Shown piece by piece: positions 1 to 8,930 of a DNA stretch of 64,000 nucleotides. The translations under genes and the position numbers were made by a program. The first letter of the stretch is position 1; every line of letters begins with the position of its first letter. The notes below the pieces were generated by a model, which was given only the letters and a program-made list of their open reading frames with translations, did no database searches and was not told the DNA's origin. This DNA comes from a virus. The DNA is taken from the IMG/VR virus record IMGVR_UViG_3300028840_006907, positions 288,001-352,000 of that record. The stretch is one strand, 5' to 3'.

Positions 1-1
1 T

Positions 2-706
2 ATGAATTCGGTCGGAAAAAGAATTTGGATTGGGGCTGATGATCCTAAAAATTTGACCTTAAGAGTAGTAGACGAAAATTTAGACTATGCTTTTGAGATA
101 GGTATGTCTGATATGAAAGATACAGCACATTTATTAAATGCTCAAGAAATCGAAGTTTTCCGAAATAGCAAAGACCACTGGAGATTGGTGAAGGATGTCA
201 AGATCACTGAGCATCAGAAATATCTAATTAGTCATTCTTATTTCAATGGTATGGCGGATTATTTGAGTAGAATTTACAGTCAAGAGTCGTACTTTAGTGA
301 TTTACGGTTGAATGGTGAGATCAAGATATTAAAAGAAGGCGAATTACCTTTATACGATATTAATCCAGAAAAAGAAACCTATTGTTTTGGTGAGGATGGT
401 GAAGAGTTAATAAAGGTTGGATTTAAAAACAGAGTATATGTCCCTCTTTTTGAGATAGCCCAATGTCCTTTAAAAAAGTATAACTCTGTATGGGATGTAA
501 AGGTAGACGATTTTATTACCAATAATGATTTATTGGAATATGAGAACGATTTTTATGAAAGAATCGTAAAGGAGATAGGGACAAAAGTTAAGATAATTAT
601 CCCTATAAGAACTCCTATAACTGTTTTACCAGTGACTAACTGGGTTAAAGGTGAATTTGGTTTTTCATCTTTTATTATTCTTGGGATCGGAGTATTTAAA
701 CAGTGA
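2..706 (+). CDS. hypothetical protein (5' end may lie outside window)
   Basis: 234-aa ORF open from the window edge; its stop overlaps the next start (GTGA 703-706); no recognisable motif. Confidence 0.5.
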   Translation: MNSVGKRIWIGADDPKNLTLRVVDENLDYAFEIGMSDMKDTAHLLNAQEIEVFRNSKDHWRLVKDVKITEHQKYLISHSYFNGMADYLSRIYSQESYFSDLRLNGEIKILKEGELPLYDINPEKETYCFGEDGEELIKVGFKNRVYVPLFEIAQCPLKKYNSVWDVKVDDFITNNDLLEYENDFYERIVKEIGTKVKIIIPIRTPITVLPVTNWVKGEFGFSSFIILGIGVFKQ

Positions 707-1434
707 TTGATATTTTTATGACCACATGGTTTCGAGAAGAGTTCACACGTAAGTCTATTGAATTGATTCATGAAAGGACTAAACCTGGCACTTTCCAACT
801 TCATATTTTTGATAATAACAGTGGCCCGAAGATGCGCGAGTATTTAATAGGGCTTTTAAAAAATAAGAAAATAGCATCATTACATCTTGATTCTCGGAAT
901 ACCGGATGTCTTTATAATAAAGGTATTTTTCATATGATGGTGGAGGATTTTTGTAAATATTATATATGTACAGATAATGATGTCTATCCGCCTAAACTCT
1001 CTCCTGATTGGCTATCCCAGATGATTAAAATTATGGATGCTCATCCTGAACTAGCCTTTCTTGTCCCTCAGATACCCCCTCAGTGGCTTCAGGAACCTGA
1101 TCTTGCTAATTTAAAGGATGATATCGTTTATTGTAAAGCTGTTGGAAACACTTTTAAATTAGTTCGTAGAAAAGCGTTTCCTATATCAGAATTCCGTCCT
1201 GTACTAGGAGCATATGGTGATGATGCTCAGGTATGTGAACAGGTAAAATTACGAAATTATAAAGTAGCGTTTTGTCGGAATATTTTTTGTTATCATGCAG
1301 GACAATGTGAAAATTGGGGTTATAAAAAAGAAGAGATAGATTTGGATCCTCGTAAAGATGGTTACGGTAAACCGTTTAGCTATAAATTAATGAATGAAGA
1401 AACCTATGAACCTTTTCCGGAGAACAAAATATGA
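703..1434 (+). CDS. putative GT-A fold (family 2-like) glycosyltransferase
   Basis: HIFDNNSG and CTDNDVYPP (DxD-like) motifs typical of GT-A enzymes; start is GTG 703 or ATG 718; stop overlaps next start (ATGA at 1431). Confidence 0.5.
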   Translation: MIDIFMTTWFREEFTRKSIELIHERTKPGTFQLHIFDNNSGPKMREYLIGLLKNKKIASLHLDSRNTGCLYNKGIFHMMVEDFCKYYICTDNDVYPPKLSPDWLSQMIKIMDAHPELAFLVPQIPPQWLQEPDLANLKDDIVYCKAVGNTFKLVRRKAFPISEFRPVLGAYGDDAQVCEQVKLRNYKVAFCRNIFCYHAGQCENWGYKKEEIDLDPRKDGYGKPFSYKLMNEETYEPFPENKI

Positions 1435-1778
1435 AAAAGGCCACAGTAATAAGTCTGAGTGTAATAGTAGCTATTCTGGCAATAATTATTATAGTTACAA
1501 TAACTCATAACAGTGGAATAAATCTTACCAATCTTCATGTATCTGAAGATAAAAAAATTGAAGTAAATGAATGGGAACCTATAAAAACAGCCGGTGAAGA
1601 TGAACTAGTAAAAGTAGTTTGGGATCAGAAATATGGAGCTACGAAGACTGAGAATTGTAAAGTTGTATTTGAGAATAAGAAAAAGAAATTGTATAAATTA
1701 ATTGCCCCTGGTCTGGAAGTAGTAATAGAGCGTTCAAATATAAATGATATCTCATTTGAGATTATTAAAAAACAATAG
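1431..1778 (+). CDS. small membrane-anchored protein
   Basis: N-terminal hydrophobic helix ATVISLSVIVAILAIIIIVTI; translationally coupled to upstream gene. Confidence 0.5.
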   Translation: MKKATVISLSVIVAILAIIIIVTITHNSGINLTNLHVSEDKKIEVNEWEPIKTAGEDELVKVVWDQKYGATKTENCKVVFENKKKKLYKLIAPGLEVVIERSNINDISFEIIKKQ

Positions 1779-1844
1779 TGGTTCGAATAGATAGACCTAT
1801 ATATGGCACTATTCATTTAACTTTGATGTGTAAAGGAGATTGAA

Positions 1845-2657
1845 ATGAGTGAGTATATTCCTCAAATTTGTATTAGTGCTAGTGATCCTGTTAATTCGGT
1901 AAAAAGTCTACAGGGAAGTATTATAGGTATTCTATTTGAAAAAAAGGGTAAAGAAATTAAAAGTTCTATTTATGATAGACTCAAATCAATAGATAATAAA
2001 ATCAAAGAATATGAATCAGTATGTGGTAAGACTGAATCATTTGTGGAAGAGAAAGAGAAAGAACTAAAATCTTTAAAGGAATTTCATCAAACAAAAGAAG
2101 ACGAAAAAAAGGCTCTATTATTGCCTATTAAAAAGGAAATTGAAGAAAAAATAAAAAGAGCCAATGATATTACTTATGAATTTGATCTTAGTGTGTTTAA
2201 TGCAACAAAAGAGAAAGCGATTGAATTTGAAAAAGGTTTTGATGATATTAAAAATAAATTTGATGAGATAGATAATTTACTTATAAAAGATAGAGCTGTT
2301 ATTAAAGGTGCCAGAGGTATTCAGGGTTCAACAGGTCTTATGGGAGAAACGGGGATTCAGGGAGAACCTGTTCACGGTATAGGTTATGGAAGTGATGGTA
2401 ATATAGGAATAGGTACTGATAACCCTGATTCTATTCTTCATATGGGGACTGATCCAGGAGATAAAGCATATAGTAGATTAAATACACTTAATAATCTTTT
2501 AAAAAAATATATCAATAAACTGGAATCATTAAAAGAAGGTATTAATAGATTGAAAGAAGAAAAGAGACGTCTTCAATTAACCTATGATAATATTGATGAA
2601 TCCAGGGATTACAAATTAGATCTTAATATGTTGTCTGCTTTCGGTTTCGAAAAATAA
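1845..2657 (+). CDS. collagen-like / coiled-coil fibre protein
   Basis: RBS aaaggag; seven uninterrupted Gly-X-Y triplets GARGIQGSTGLMGETGIQGEP (nt 2307-2369) flanked by Lys/Glu-rich segments; IGIGTDNPDSILHMG resembles the VGIGLSSPLDALHIQ motif of the fibre at 59979. Confidence 0.6.
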   Translation: MSEYIPQICISASDPVNSVKSLQGSIIGILFEKKGKEIKSSIYDRLKSIDNKIKEYESVCGKTESFVEEKEKELKSLKEFHQTKEDEKKALLLPIKKEIEEKIKRANDITYEFDLSVFNATKEKAIEFEKGFDDIKNKFDEIDNLLIKDRAVIKGARGIQGSTGLMGETGIQGEPVHGIGYGSDGNIGIGTDNPDSILHMGTDPGDKAYSRLNTLNNLLKKYINKLESLKEGINRLKEEKRRLQLTYDNIDESRDYKLDLNMLSAFGFEK

Positions 2658-2670
2658 CTGGAGGAATGTT

Positions 2671-3144
2671 ATGAAAATTGTAAAAGCAATGAAAAAAATT
2701 GCCCGGTTGAAAGGGGAAGTACGCGAATTAAAGAAACGCATGAGCCGTTGTTTAAATACCCTAGAAGATAATGAAGATTTTGTTGAATCCTATAAGGATT
2801 TAGAGAAAGAATTACTTCATAAAATTACGATGATTATAAATTTGAAAAGTATTATTATGAAAGCAAATATTGATAATAATATGTTTTCTGTTATTGTGAA
2901 TTTGGGTGAACTTAAGAGTTATATGGAATATTTAAAAGAACTTGAACCTAAATCGGGTTTTAATAGTTTAAATGATTATTCAGATAAAAATGCTGAATTT
3001 AAATCACAATTGACTATAAAAGAAAAGAATGATAAAATTTCTGAATGTCAAAAAGCTATTAATGATTTGACAGATCTATTGGACGATTTTAATGCTACAA
3101 CTAATGTAGAATTTACAGAAATAGATTTAAAATTATTTGAATAA
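2671..3144 (+). CDS. hypothetical coiled-coil protein
   Basis: RBS ggagg 8 nt upstream; charged helical-looking sequence; no enzymatic motif. Confidence 0.5.
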   Translation: MKIVKAMKKIARLKGEVRELKKRMSRCLNTLEDNEDFVESYKDLEKELLHKITMIINLKSIIMKANIDNNMFSVIVNLGELKSYMEYLKELEPKSGFNSLNDYSDKNAEFKSQLTIKEKNDKISECQKAINDLTDLLDDFNATTNVEFTEIDLKLFE

Positions 3145-3149
3145 ATAAA

Positions 3150-3340
3150 AAGTGTAGTTGTCCGATGAATAGGTTATAATTTAGTTCAGTTCCGATTGAG
3201 CTTTTTTATAATTTATAAAAAATACATGGTATAAAGATATTGATATTTTCTTAATAATCGTCTTAGGTTTTACAAGTTTTTAGTTTTCAGTTGAGTCGAA
3301 TATCATTGTTCTTTTTTAGTTTTAGTTGACAACTACACTT
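3150..3340. repeat. 13-bp perfect inverted repeat pair flanking a 165-bp AT-rich segment
   Basis: AAGTGTAGTTGTC at 3150-3162 is the exact reverse complement of GACAACTACACTT at 3328-3340; TTTAGTT-containing imperfect direct repeats lie inside. Confidence 0.7.
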
Positions 3341-3361
3341 CCTTTATTAGATAGGAATAAT

Positions 3362-3652
3362 ATGGGTAAACTTCATAAAGAACTTTTTAAAGGATTAAAA
3401 TGGGTCCTTATTGCTATACTTATTATAGCGTTTATGGTGGGAGCCTGGGTAGGGTTGGCATGGTCAATAGGTTGGTTTGTAAATAGATTTTTTGATTTAC
3501 AAAATTTCAGCCCTGAGAGTTACATTTCATTCGGATCTATTATGCTGGTCTTTAATCTAATATTACAAATAATAACTGTAATTATCACCGTATGGGCTCT
3601 TCTTGCCTGGGGAAAATCCCGAGGAATGAATAATTTAAAGGGGGTCAAGTGA
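3362..3652 (+). CDS. small integral membrane protein
   Basis: ORF track starts at TTG 3326, but ATG 3362 (MGKLHKEL) is more plausible; hydrophobic stretches WVLIAILIIAFMVGAWVGLAW and IMLVFNLILQIITVIITVWALLAW. Confidence 0.5.
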   Translation: MGKLHKELFKGLKWVLIAILIIAFMVGAWVGLAWSIGWFVNRFFDLQNFSPESYISFGSIMLVFNLILQIITVIITVWALLAWGKSRGMNNLKGVK

Positions 3653-4134
3653 ATCGTACAATAGAGATTGATGCTGAATTTTTTGAGCACCTTTTAAATT
3701 GTATGGCAAATCAGAAGTATATCGGATCCCAATTACCTGAAAAAGCTGCCGAGAAACAAAAGATTATTGATGAGGCATGGCGAAAAGGTATGGATATATT
3801 AAATCCTATCGTTAAAACGAAAGATAAAGCAGAGGATGCTTTAAAAAAATTCAATAAGAAACTTCATAAAGATCTCCCCCTTATTACAAAAAAGATAAAA
3901 GATGTAATGGATGACAATAAATATCCAAAGGATTATGTCACTGAATATGCTATGAAGTGGACTTCTGTAAGACAAGATTGTGAGATGTATTGTCTTATAG
4001 CAGAATCGGTAGATAAAGAAGAATTCGAAAAGTTATGTGAAGACAGAAGTTATACCCGGAATATGAGAGATTATATCATAGAGGTTTTAAAACATGTAGG
4101 GTTAGGAGATAATCTTGAACTGGGACATGAATAG
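3649..4134 (+). CDS. hypothetical protein
   Basis: 161-aa ORF; GTG start overlaps upstream stop (GTGA); no motif recognised. Confidence 0.5.
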   Translation: MNRTIEIDAEFFEHLLNCMANQKYIGSQLPEKAAEKQKIIDEAWRKGMDILNPIVKTKDKAEDALKKFNKKLHKDLPLITKKIKDVMDDNKYPKDYVTEYAMKWTSVRQDCEMYCLIAESVDKEEFEKLCEDRSYTRNMRDYIIEVLKHVGLGDNLELGHE

Positions 4135-4315
4135 GTTTGAAAGATGGTTTTTAAAACGGCTTTGTAGAAAGATAGTGACACAGGGTGATCATAAGAGGCG
4201 TATTATTGAACATTATAAAATATTAATGGAAGCTGCAAAAGAAGAATTTACAGAAGAAAATAAGTATGGTCTTGATAGTTTCATGCAAGAATGTTTTGAA
4301 AAAGCACTTAAATAG
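4127..4315 (+). CDS. hypothetical small protein
   Basis: ORF track 4115 (TTG); ATG at 4127 overlaps upstream stop by 8 nt. Confidence 0.4.
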   Translation: MNRFERWFLKRLCRKIVTQGDHKRRIIEHYKILMEAAKEEFTEENKYGLDSFMQECFEKALK

Positions 4316-4335
4316 TAAAGGAAGATAATTGAAAT

Positions 4336-7320
4336 ATGGCAGAGCAATTAAAAGTTGGATGGGTCGGATATGGGGGTAATAGTTGGATGGCTGAGGATCT
4401 TCGGCCAGTTATAGAAAAGCTAGGAATGACTTTATTCACGATTCATGAACATGATAACGCAGATATTAAATGGGAAAAGGATAACTGGTTCAATCATTTA
4501 AAAAAAGCTGATATAGTTATAGCTCCAGCTAATTATAAAAAACAACCTGCAAAGAGTGCAAATCGATTAATACAATCAATGTCAATGGGTAAACCTGTCA
4601 TATGTTCTCCTTTACCTGCATATTTAGATGTGGCTAAAAAACATCCTGGTTCATTTCTTCTAGCTGATGTCCCGGAAGAATGGGAGGAATGTTTAAAATT
4701 GCTTAGAGATAATCCTTCTTTTCGTAAACAGATGAGTGAGAAGGCTCTAGAAGCTGTTGAAGATTTTTCGATAAATGTCATAGGAAATAAGTGGCTAGAA
4801 TTATTAGAGAAAGATGTACCAATAAAAAAAGATACTGAATCGAATAAAGTTCTTATTACAGATATAATCATACCTACATATAAAAATCTTCGTGGCTTGA
4901 AGTTATGTATTGAGAGTATTCTGGAGTGTACGTTAGTGCCGTACAATATTATAATTGTAAATAATGGAACTGATGAGGAATTGCATAACTATTGTTCTCA
5001 ATTGGTAAATGTAACTTACATAAAAAAAGACAGACTTAATTTTGCCCAAGCCATGAATGTCGGGATTAAAGCAGGTGATTCTGATTTAGTCGTTCTATTA
5101 AATGATGATGTTATTGTCAGTAAAGGATGGCTTATGAATTTGAAATATGCCTGTACTGAAGATGTGGGTGCAGTAGGACCTTTAAGTAATTGTGATAAAT
5201 CCTGGCTCCATAATCATGATATCAATATTGGTGGAGTAGAATTACTGCCTGGTTCAAATACTTTTGAACAAATTGAGCCTATTATTTCTCAGATATATAA
5301 TTATGAATCTCCTTTTTTAGAAGAACCTGAACGAAAATGGGTTGCATTTTATGCTACTTTAATTCCTCGGTCAGTAATAGAAGAAGTAGGTTTTTTAGAT
5401 GAGTCCTTTACAAATTCGGGAGAGGATGTTGATTATTGTAACAGGATTATGAAGTTAGGGTATAAAATAAAACAGACCTATAAAAGTTTTGTATTTCATT
5501 TCGGAGCTGTAAGTAGGAAATTACTGGAGCAGGAAGATAAGGGCACTTATCAGAAAGCTGATGAGGAGACTCAAGAATATTTAAAGATCAAGTATTCAAA
5601 ACCAACAGTAATAATCTATTCCGGTGCCAGTTGGGAGAGATGGAGTTATAAGTCTCTTGAACAGGGGGGTATTGGTGGTAGTGAAGTTTGGCAGATAAAT
5701 GTTTGTCGTGAGTTAAATAAATTGGGTTATAGAGTAATCAGTTTTAATGATTCCCCGGAAAAGGAAATGTGGGAAGATGGGATTCAATATCTTCATTATG
5801 GAGAATTTTCGAAATGGTGTGATGGTAACTATGCCGATTACGCAATTATAAGTAGAACAACCGATCCTTTACATCATCCTTTAAGAGCTGGAAAAATATT
5901 TATAATGGTTCACGATGTCTGGTTACTTTCTGCTAGAGATCAATTATTCCTTGATAAAGTAGATAAATTTTGTGTACTTAGTAAATGGCATTGGGATTTT
6001 TTTAAAGGTCACCATGGAATCCAAGATGAATCAAAATTGGCGTTGACTTCTAATGGGATAGATTTTAATCGTTATGATAACAAAAATATTGAAAGACATC
6101 CTTATAAAATGTTTTACAGTTCTTCCCCGGATCGAGGTCTTGATACACTCCTTTACCTATTTCCCTTTATTAAGGAAAAAATTCCAGAACTTGAACTCCA
6201 TATTTATTATGGATTTAACAATTGGGAAAAGGCAGTGAAGATGAGAAAAAACCAGATTGAGATAGATAGAATGAATAAAATAAAAAAGGATATGGAACAA
6301 CCTGGGGTATTTTATCATGGCCGAGTTGGTCAGAAGGAGCTAGCTGAAGCGCAATTAGAATGTTCTCTTTGGGCCTATCCGACGGATTTTGAAGAAGTTT
6401 TTTGCATCACTGCTATTGAGGCTCAAAGAGCCAGAATCCCTGTATTAGCAACGAATTACGCTGCTTTACAGACAACAGTAGGTGACTCAGGAATTCTAAT
6501 AGGAAATGGCATGAAAGGAGAATCTTATACACGAGATTATCGATTAAAATTTGTAGATGAGTGTATAAAAGTTTTAACAGATAAAGAATATAGAGAACAC
6601 TGGATTGAGAAAGGTTTAAAAAATACGGAGAAATATTCTTGGGAACAAGTGGCTAAAAATTGGAAGAAATTGTTTGAAAAAAGTGATCAAAAAGTAGAAG
6701 CAAAAATTATAGATGAAAAAGAATACAAGAAAGATCGAGTGCTAGTTCATGAAATGAAAATAAGTTCTAATTATATGCCAGATCCTCACAGCCATTTAAA
6801 TAATGAGAGAGATCGTTTTCATTATTATAAAACACTTAATGCTTTCGTTTCATCAAATTCATGTAGTGCATTGGATGTGGGTTGTTTTGATGGGTGGATT
6901 GATTTTCTTCTTATAGAACAAGGATTTAAATTAACTGGAGTTGAGTTGATGGAACCTCTTGTTCAAGCTGCTCGAAAATATGCAGAAGTTAAACAACTTG
7001 ATTATACAATTTATCAGGGTTTTTTTGAAGAGATTGAGATAGACCAGAAATTTGATTTAGTGATATGTTTGGAGACTTTGGAACATATTGATTTAAAACT
7101 TGTCCCTGAGTATATACAAAAAATGAAAAGTCTTGCTACAAAGGGTCTTTTCATATCACTCCCGGATCAGAAACATGAAGATAATACCCAGCATTTATGG
7201 ACACCTACTGAAAATTTAATAAGAAAAATGTGGGGTAATAAAAAGAATTTTTCATTGGAATACCATACTTATCAGGATTCAAATTTACCCGCTAATTGGT
7301 TAATTTATTTCGAAGTGTAG
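4336..7320 (+). CDS. 994-aa multidomain glycosyltransferase / methyltransferase fusion
   Basis: Four segments. ~4336-4830: GT-B C-terminal-half-like. ~4858-5536: GT2 (IIIPTYKN, LLNDDVIVSKGW, GEDVDYCNR). ~5608-6676: GT4/GT1 (GGIGGSEVW, EVFCITAIEAQRARIPVLATN). ~6825-7320: class I SAM methyltransferase (ALDVGCFDGW, LVICLETLEHI). Confidence 0.85.
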   Translation: MAEQLKVGWVGYGGNSWMAEDLRPVIEKLGMTLFTIHEHDNADIKWEKDNWFNHLKKADIVIAPANYKKQPAKSANRLIQSMSMGKPVICSPLPAYLDVAKKHPGSFLLADVPEEWEECLKLLRDNPSFRKQMSEKALEAVEDFSINVIGNKWLELLEKDVPIKKDTESNKVLITDIIIPTYKNLRGLKLCIESILECTLVPYNIIIVNNGTDEELHNYCSQLVNVTYIKKDRLNFAQAMNVGIKAGDSDLVVLLNDDVIVSKGWLMNLKYACTEDVGAVGPLSNCDKSWLHNHDINIGGVELLPGSNTFEQIEPIISQIYNYESPFLEEPERKWVAFYATLIPRSVIEEVGFLDESFTNSGEDVDYCNRIMKLGYKIKQTYKSFVFHFGAVSRKLLEQEDKGTYQKADEETQEYLKIKYSKPTVIIYSGASWERWSYKSLEQGGIGGSEVWQINVCRELNKLGYRVISFNDSPEKEMWEDGIQYLHYGEFSKWCDGNYADYAIISRTTDPLHHPLRAGKIFIMVHDVWLLSARDQLFLDKVDKFCVLSKWHWDFFKGHHGIQDESKLALTSNGIDFNRYDNKNIERHPYKMFYSSSPDRGLDTLLYLFPFIKEKIPELELHIYYGFNNWEKAVKMRKNQIEIDRMNKIKKDMEQPGVFYHGRVGQKELAEAQLECSLWAYPTDFEEVFCITAIEAQRARIPVLATNYAALQTTVGDSGILIGNGMKGESYTRDYRLKFVDECIKVLTDKEYREHWIEKGLKNTEKYSWEQVAKNWKKLFEKSDQKVEAKIIDEKEYKKDRVLVHEMKISSNYMPDPHSHLNNERDRFHYYKTLNAFVSSNSCSALDVGCFDGWIDFLLIEQGFKLTGVELMEPLVQAARKYAEVKQLDYTIYQGFFEEIEIDQKFDLVICLETLEHIDLKLVPEYIQKMKSLATKGLFISLPDQKHEDNTQHLWTPTENLIRKMWGNKKNFSLEYHTYQDSNLPANWLIYFEV

Positions 7321-7322
7321 TT

Positions 7323-7610
7323 ATGAATAGGTATGACATTATTTTGGGTAACAATAGTCGGTTAGCGATGATGGAAAAATGGTCCCCTAAAGATTATAGA
7401 CAGGAATATTTAGGGGAATTCGTAAAACCAACATGTTCAGTTTCTGATGGTCATAATAATTATTGCCCATCAAAACCAGAACATTTTTTTGAGTATCATG
7501 GTAAAGAAGTGGGTTTATGTAAAGACTGCTATTTACATTATTTAAATGGACATTTTGATAAAAGATTTCAGAAAAAGAATTATGGTTATACCATCTATCA
7601 AATCGATTAA
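7323..7610 (+). CDS. Cys/His-rich hypothetical protein
   Basis: ATG 7323 just after upstream stop (track start 7296 overlaps); CSVSDGHNNYC...CKDCYLHY suggests a metal-binding knuckle. Confidence 0.45.
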   Translation: MNRYDIILGNNSRLAMMEKWSPKDYRQEYLGEFVKPTCSVSDGHNNYCPSKPEHFFEYHGKEVGLCKDCYLHYLNGHFDKRFQKKNYGYTIYQID

Positions 7611-7611
7611 A

Positions 7612-8247
7612 ATGAAAAAAGGGCTATTTTTTACTTTTGAAGGTATTGATGGTTGTGGCAAAAGTACTCAATTAAGATTATCTACAGAATATCTTAAAAC
7701 TAAAAATATCCCTCATATAGTGACCCGAGAACCGGGAGGTACACCACTAGCAGAGAAAGTCAGAGAAATAATATTATCCCCACAGAATGATATTAAAGAT
7801 CGAGCTGAAGTTTTATTATACCTTGCTTCTAGAGCACAACATGTGGAAGAAAAGATAATCCCGGCAATGGAGCAAGGTAAAATTGTGCTTTGTGATCGTT
7901 TTCAGGAAGCTACATTTGCTTATCAAGGATTTGGTCGTGGTTTTTTAAGAGAGACTTTAGAAGTTTTAAATAATTTCTCTACTGATGGGTTGCAGCCAAC
8001 AAGGACCTTTATTTTTGATGTGAGTCTTAAATGTGCTAGTGAGAGATTAAAGAAGACCGGTAAAGCTCCGGATCGGCTTGAGCAAAATTCTCTTGAATTT
8101 TTTAGTAAAGTACGACAGGGTTTTTTTTCTCTAGCTGAAATTCATTCTGATCGAATACATCTTATTAATAGTGAGAAACCTATAGATGAAATTTTTGAAA
8201 TTGTTAAAAAAGATATAAACAAATATATAGATTATGGAAGCATATAA
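7612..8247 (+). CDS. tmk: thymidylate kinase
   Basis: FFTFEGIDGCGKSTQ P-loop, TREPGGT, LLYLASRAQH and LCDRF...AYQG motifs; ATG 7612 follows upstream stop (track start 7546 is upstream-extended). Confidence 0.9.
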   Translation: MKKGLFFTFEGIDGCGKSTQLRLSTEYLKTKNIPHIVTREPGGTPLAEKVREIILSPQNDIKDRAEVLLYLASRAQHVEEKIIPAMEQGKIVLCDRFQEATFAYQGFGRGFLRETLEVLNNFSTDGLQPTRTFIFDVSLKCASERLKKTGKAPDRLEQNSLEFFSKVRQGFFSLAEIHSDRIHLINSEKPIDEIFEIVKKDINKYIDYGSI

Positions 8248-8401
8248 ACTTTGTCCTCGATGTGGGGAATTGGTACCATTCAATACATATTTTGGTGGGT
8301 ATTTTTGTAAGTGTGGTTGGAAAGATGATACTTTTGATAAAGAGCGTATTGCTGCTATGAGAAAATGGAAACTACCAAAATCTTCAGATGGAATTATTTA
8401 A
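8234..8401 (+). CDS. 55-aa zinc-ribbon protein (below ORF-track size cutoff)
   Basis: My translation: MEAYKLCPRCGELVPFNTYFGGYFCKCGWKDD...; CPRC...CKC pairs; overlaps tmk 3' end by 14 nt. Confidence 0.4.
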   Translation: MEAYKLCPRCGELVPFNTYFGGYFCKCGWKDDTFDKERIAAMRKWKLPKSSDGII

Positions 8402-8681
8402 GTTCATACCATTCTGGCATTGCTTCTTTTTTTGAAAGTTTTCGTTGTACCTTTATAGATGTTTTAGGTTCATTTTTAACATATACTTTGTTATATCCCA
8501 GGGATTCCTGGGGATTTAATTCCATATCATTTGTTATTTCAAAAGAGATACCAGAAAAATCACTCTCTATTCTAACTCTTCTTTTATTATTCTCCTTCGA
8601 TTTTTTAACTGCTCTAAGAAGTTCTCTTAATGTTTTTTCGGTAAGATGTATCGTACTTTTATCGATATTTATATGAGGCAT
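8394..8681 (-). CDS. hypothetical protein
   Basis: MPHINIDKSTIHLTEKTLRELL... reads as a normal soluble protein, unlike the low-complexity + strand ORF 8365-8676; convergent with tmk operon. Confidence 0.4.
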   Translation of the reverse strand: MPHINIDKSTIHLTEKTLRELLRAVKKSKENNKRRVRIESDFSGISFEITNDMELNPQESLGYNKVYVKNEPKTSIKVQRKLSKKEAMPEWYELK

Positions 8682-8930
8682 ATTCCCACCCAATAAATTT
8701 TATAGCCGATCAAAAATTAAAGATAATATAATGCATTTCTAAATTTCAAATTTCCTTTAATTCAAAGGGTATTTCAGTGTCTCTTTGTGGCTCTTCAGTT
8801 TAATAATCATTTAATATTAGCTTCTAATTAGGTAGAGTTATACAAGAAATATTTATGAATAAATTCGATTATCTATTAATAGTTAACCGTTTTAAAAGCA
8901 TAGAAAATCTTAGGAATAAAAAGAGGCTGT

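Noticed and set aside
1780-1788. GGTTCGAAT, a tRNA T-loop-like motif
   Set aside because: The flanking bases cannot form a T-stem (GTGG versus AGAT) or an acceptor stem. No cloverleaf can be drawn, and I found no tRNA in the window.
4533-4946. 137-aa antisense ORF inside the 994-aa fusion gene. Similar antisense or off-frame ORFs occur at 553-804, 1625-1816, 11442-11762, 12766-12975, 15076-15395, 15477-15725, 17042-17245, 20135-20452, 22898-23119, 24797-25139, 26132-26455, 29354-29557, 31268-31462, 31647-31844, 32375-32557, 35129-35311, 35751-35945, 38456-38659, 39175-39393, 40504-40743, 41319-41627, 42988-43206, 43347-43565, 47198-47578, 48840-49112, 52584-52772, 53076-53270, 54364-54849, 56201-56389, 57227-57530 and 59646-59876
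   Set aside because: Each lies within a longer ORF that has recognisable motifs or operon context, and each lacks an RBS. Their composition is typical of shadow ORFs.
8365-8676. Plus-strand 103-aa ORF overlapping the minus-strand ORF 8394-8693
   Set aside because: Its Phe/Leu/Ser-rich low-complexity sequence is typical of the antisense of an AT-rich gene. The minus-strand product looks like a normal protein. Neither is strongly supported.
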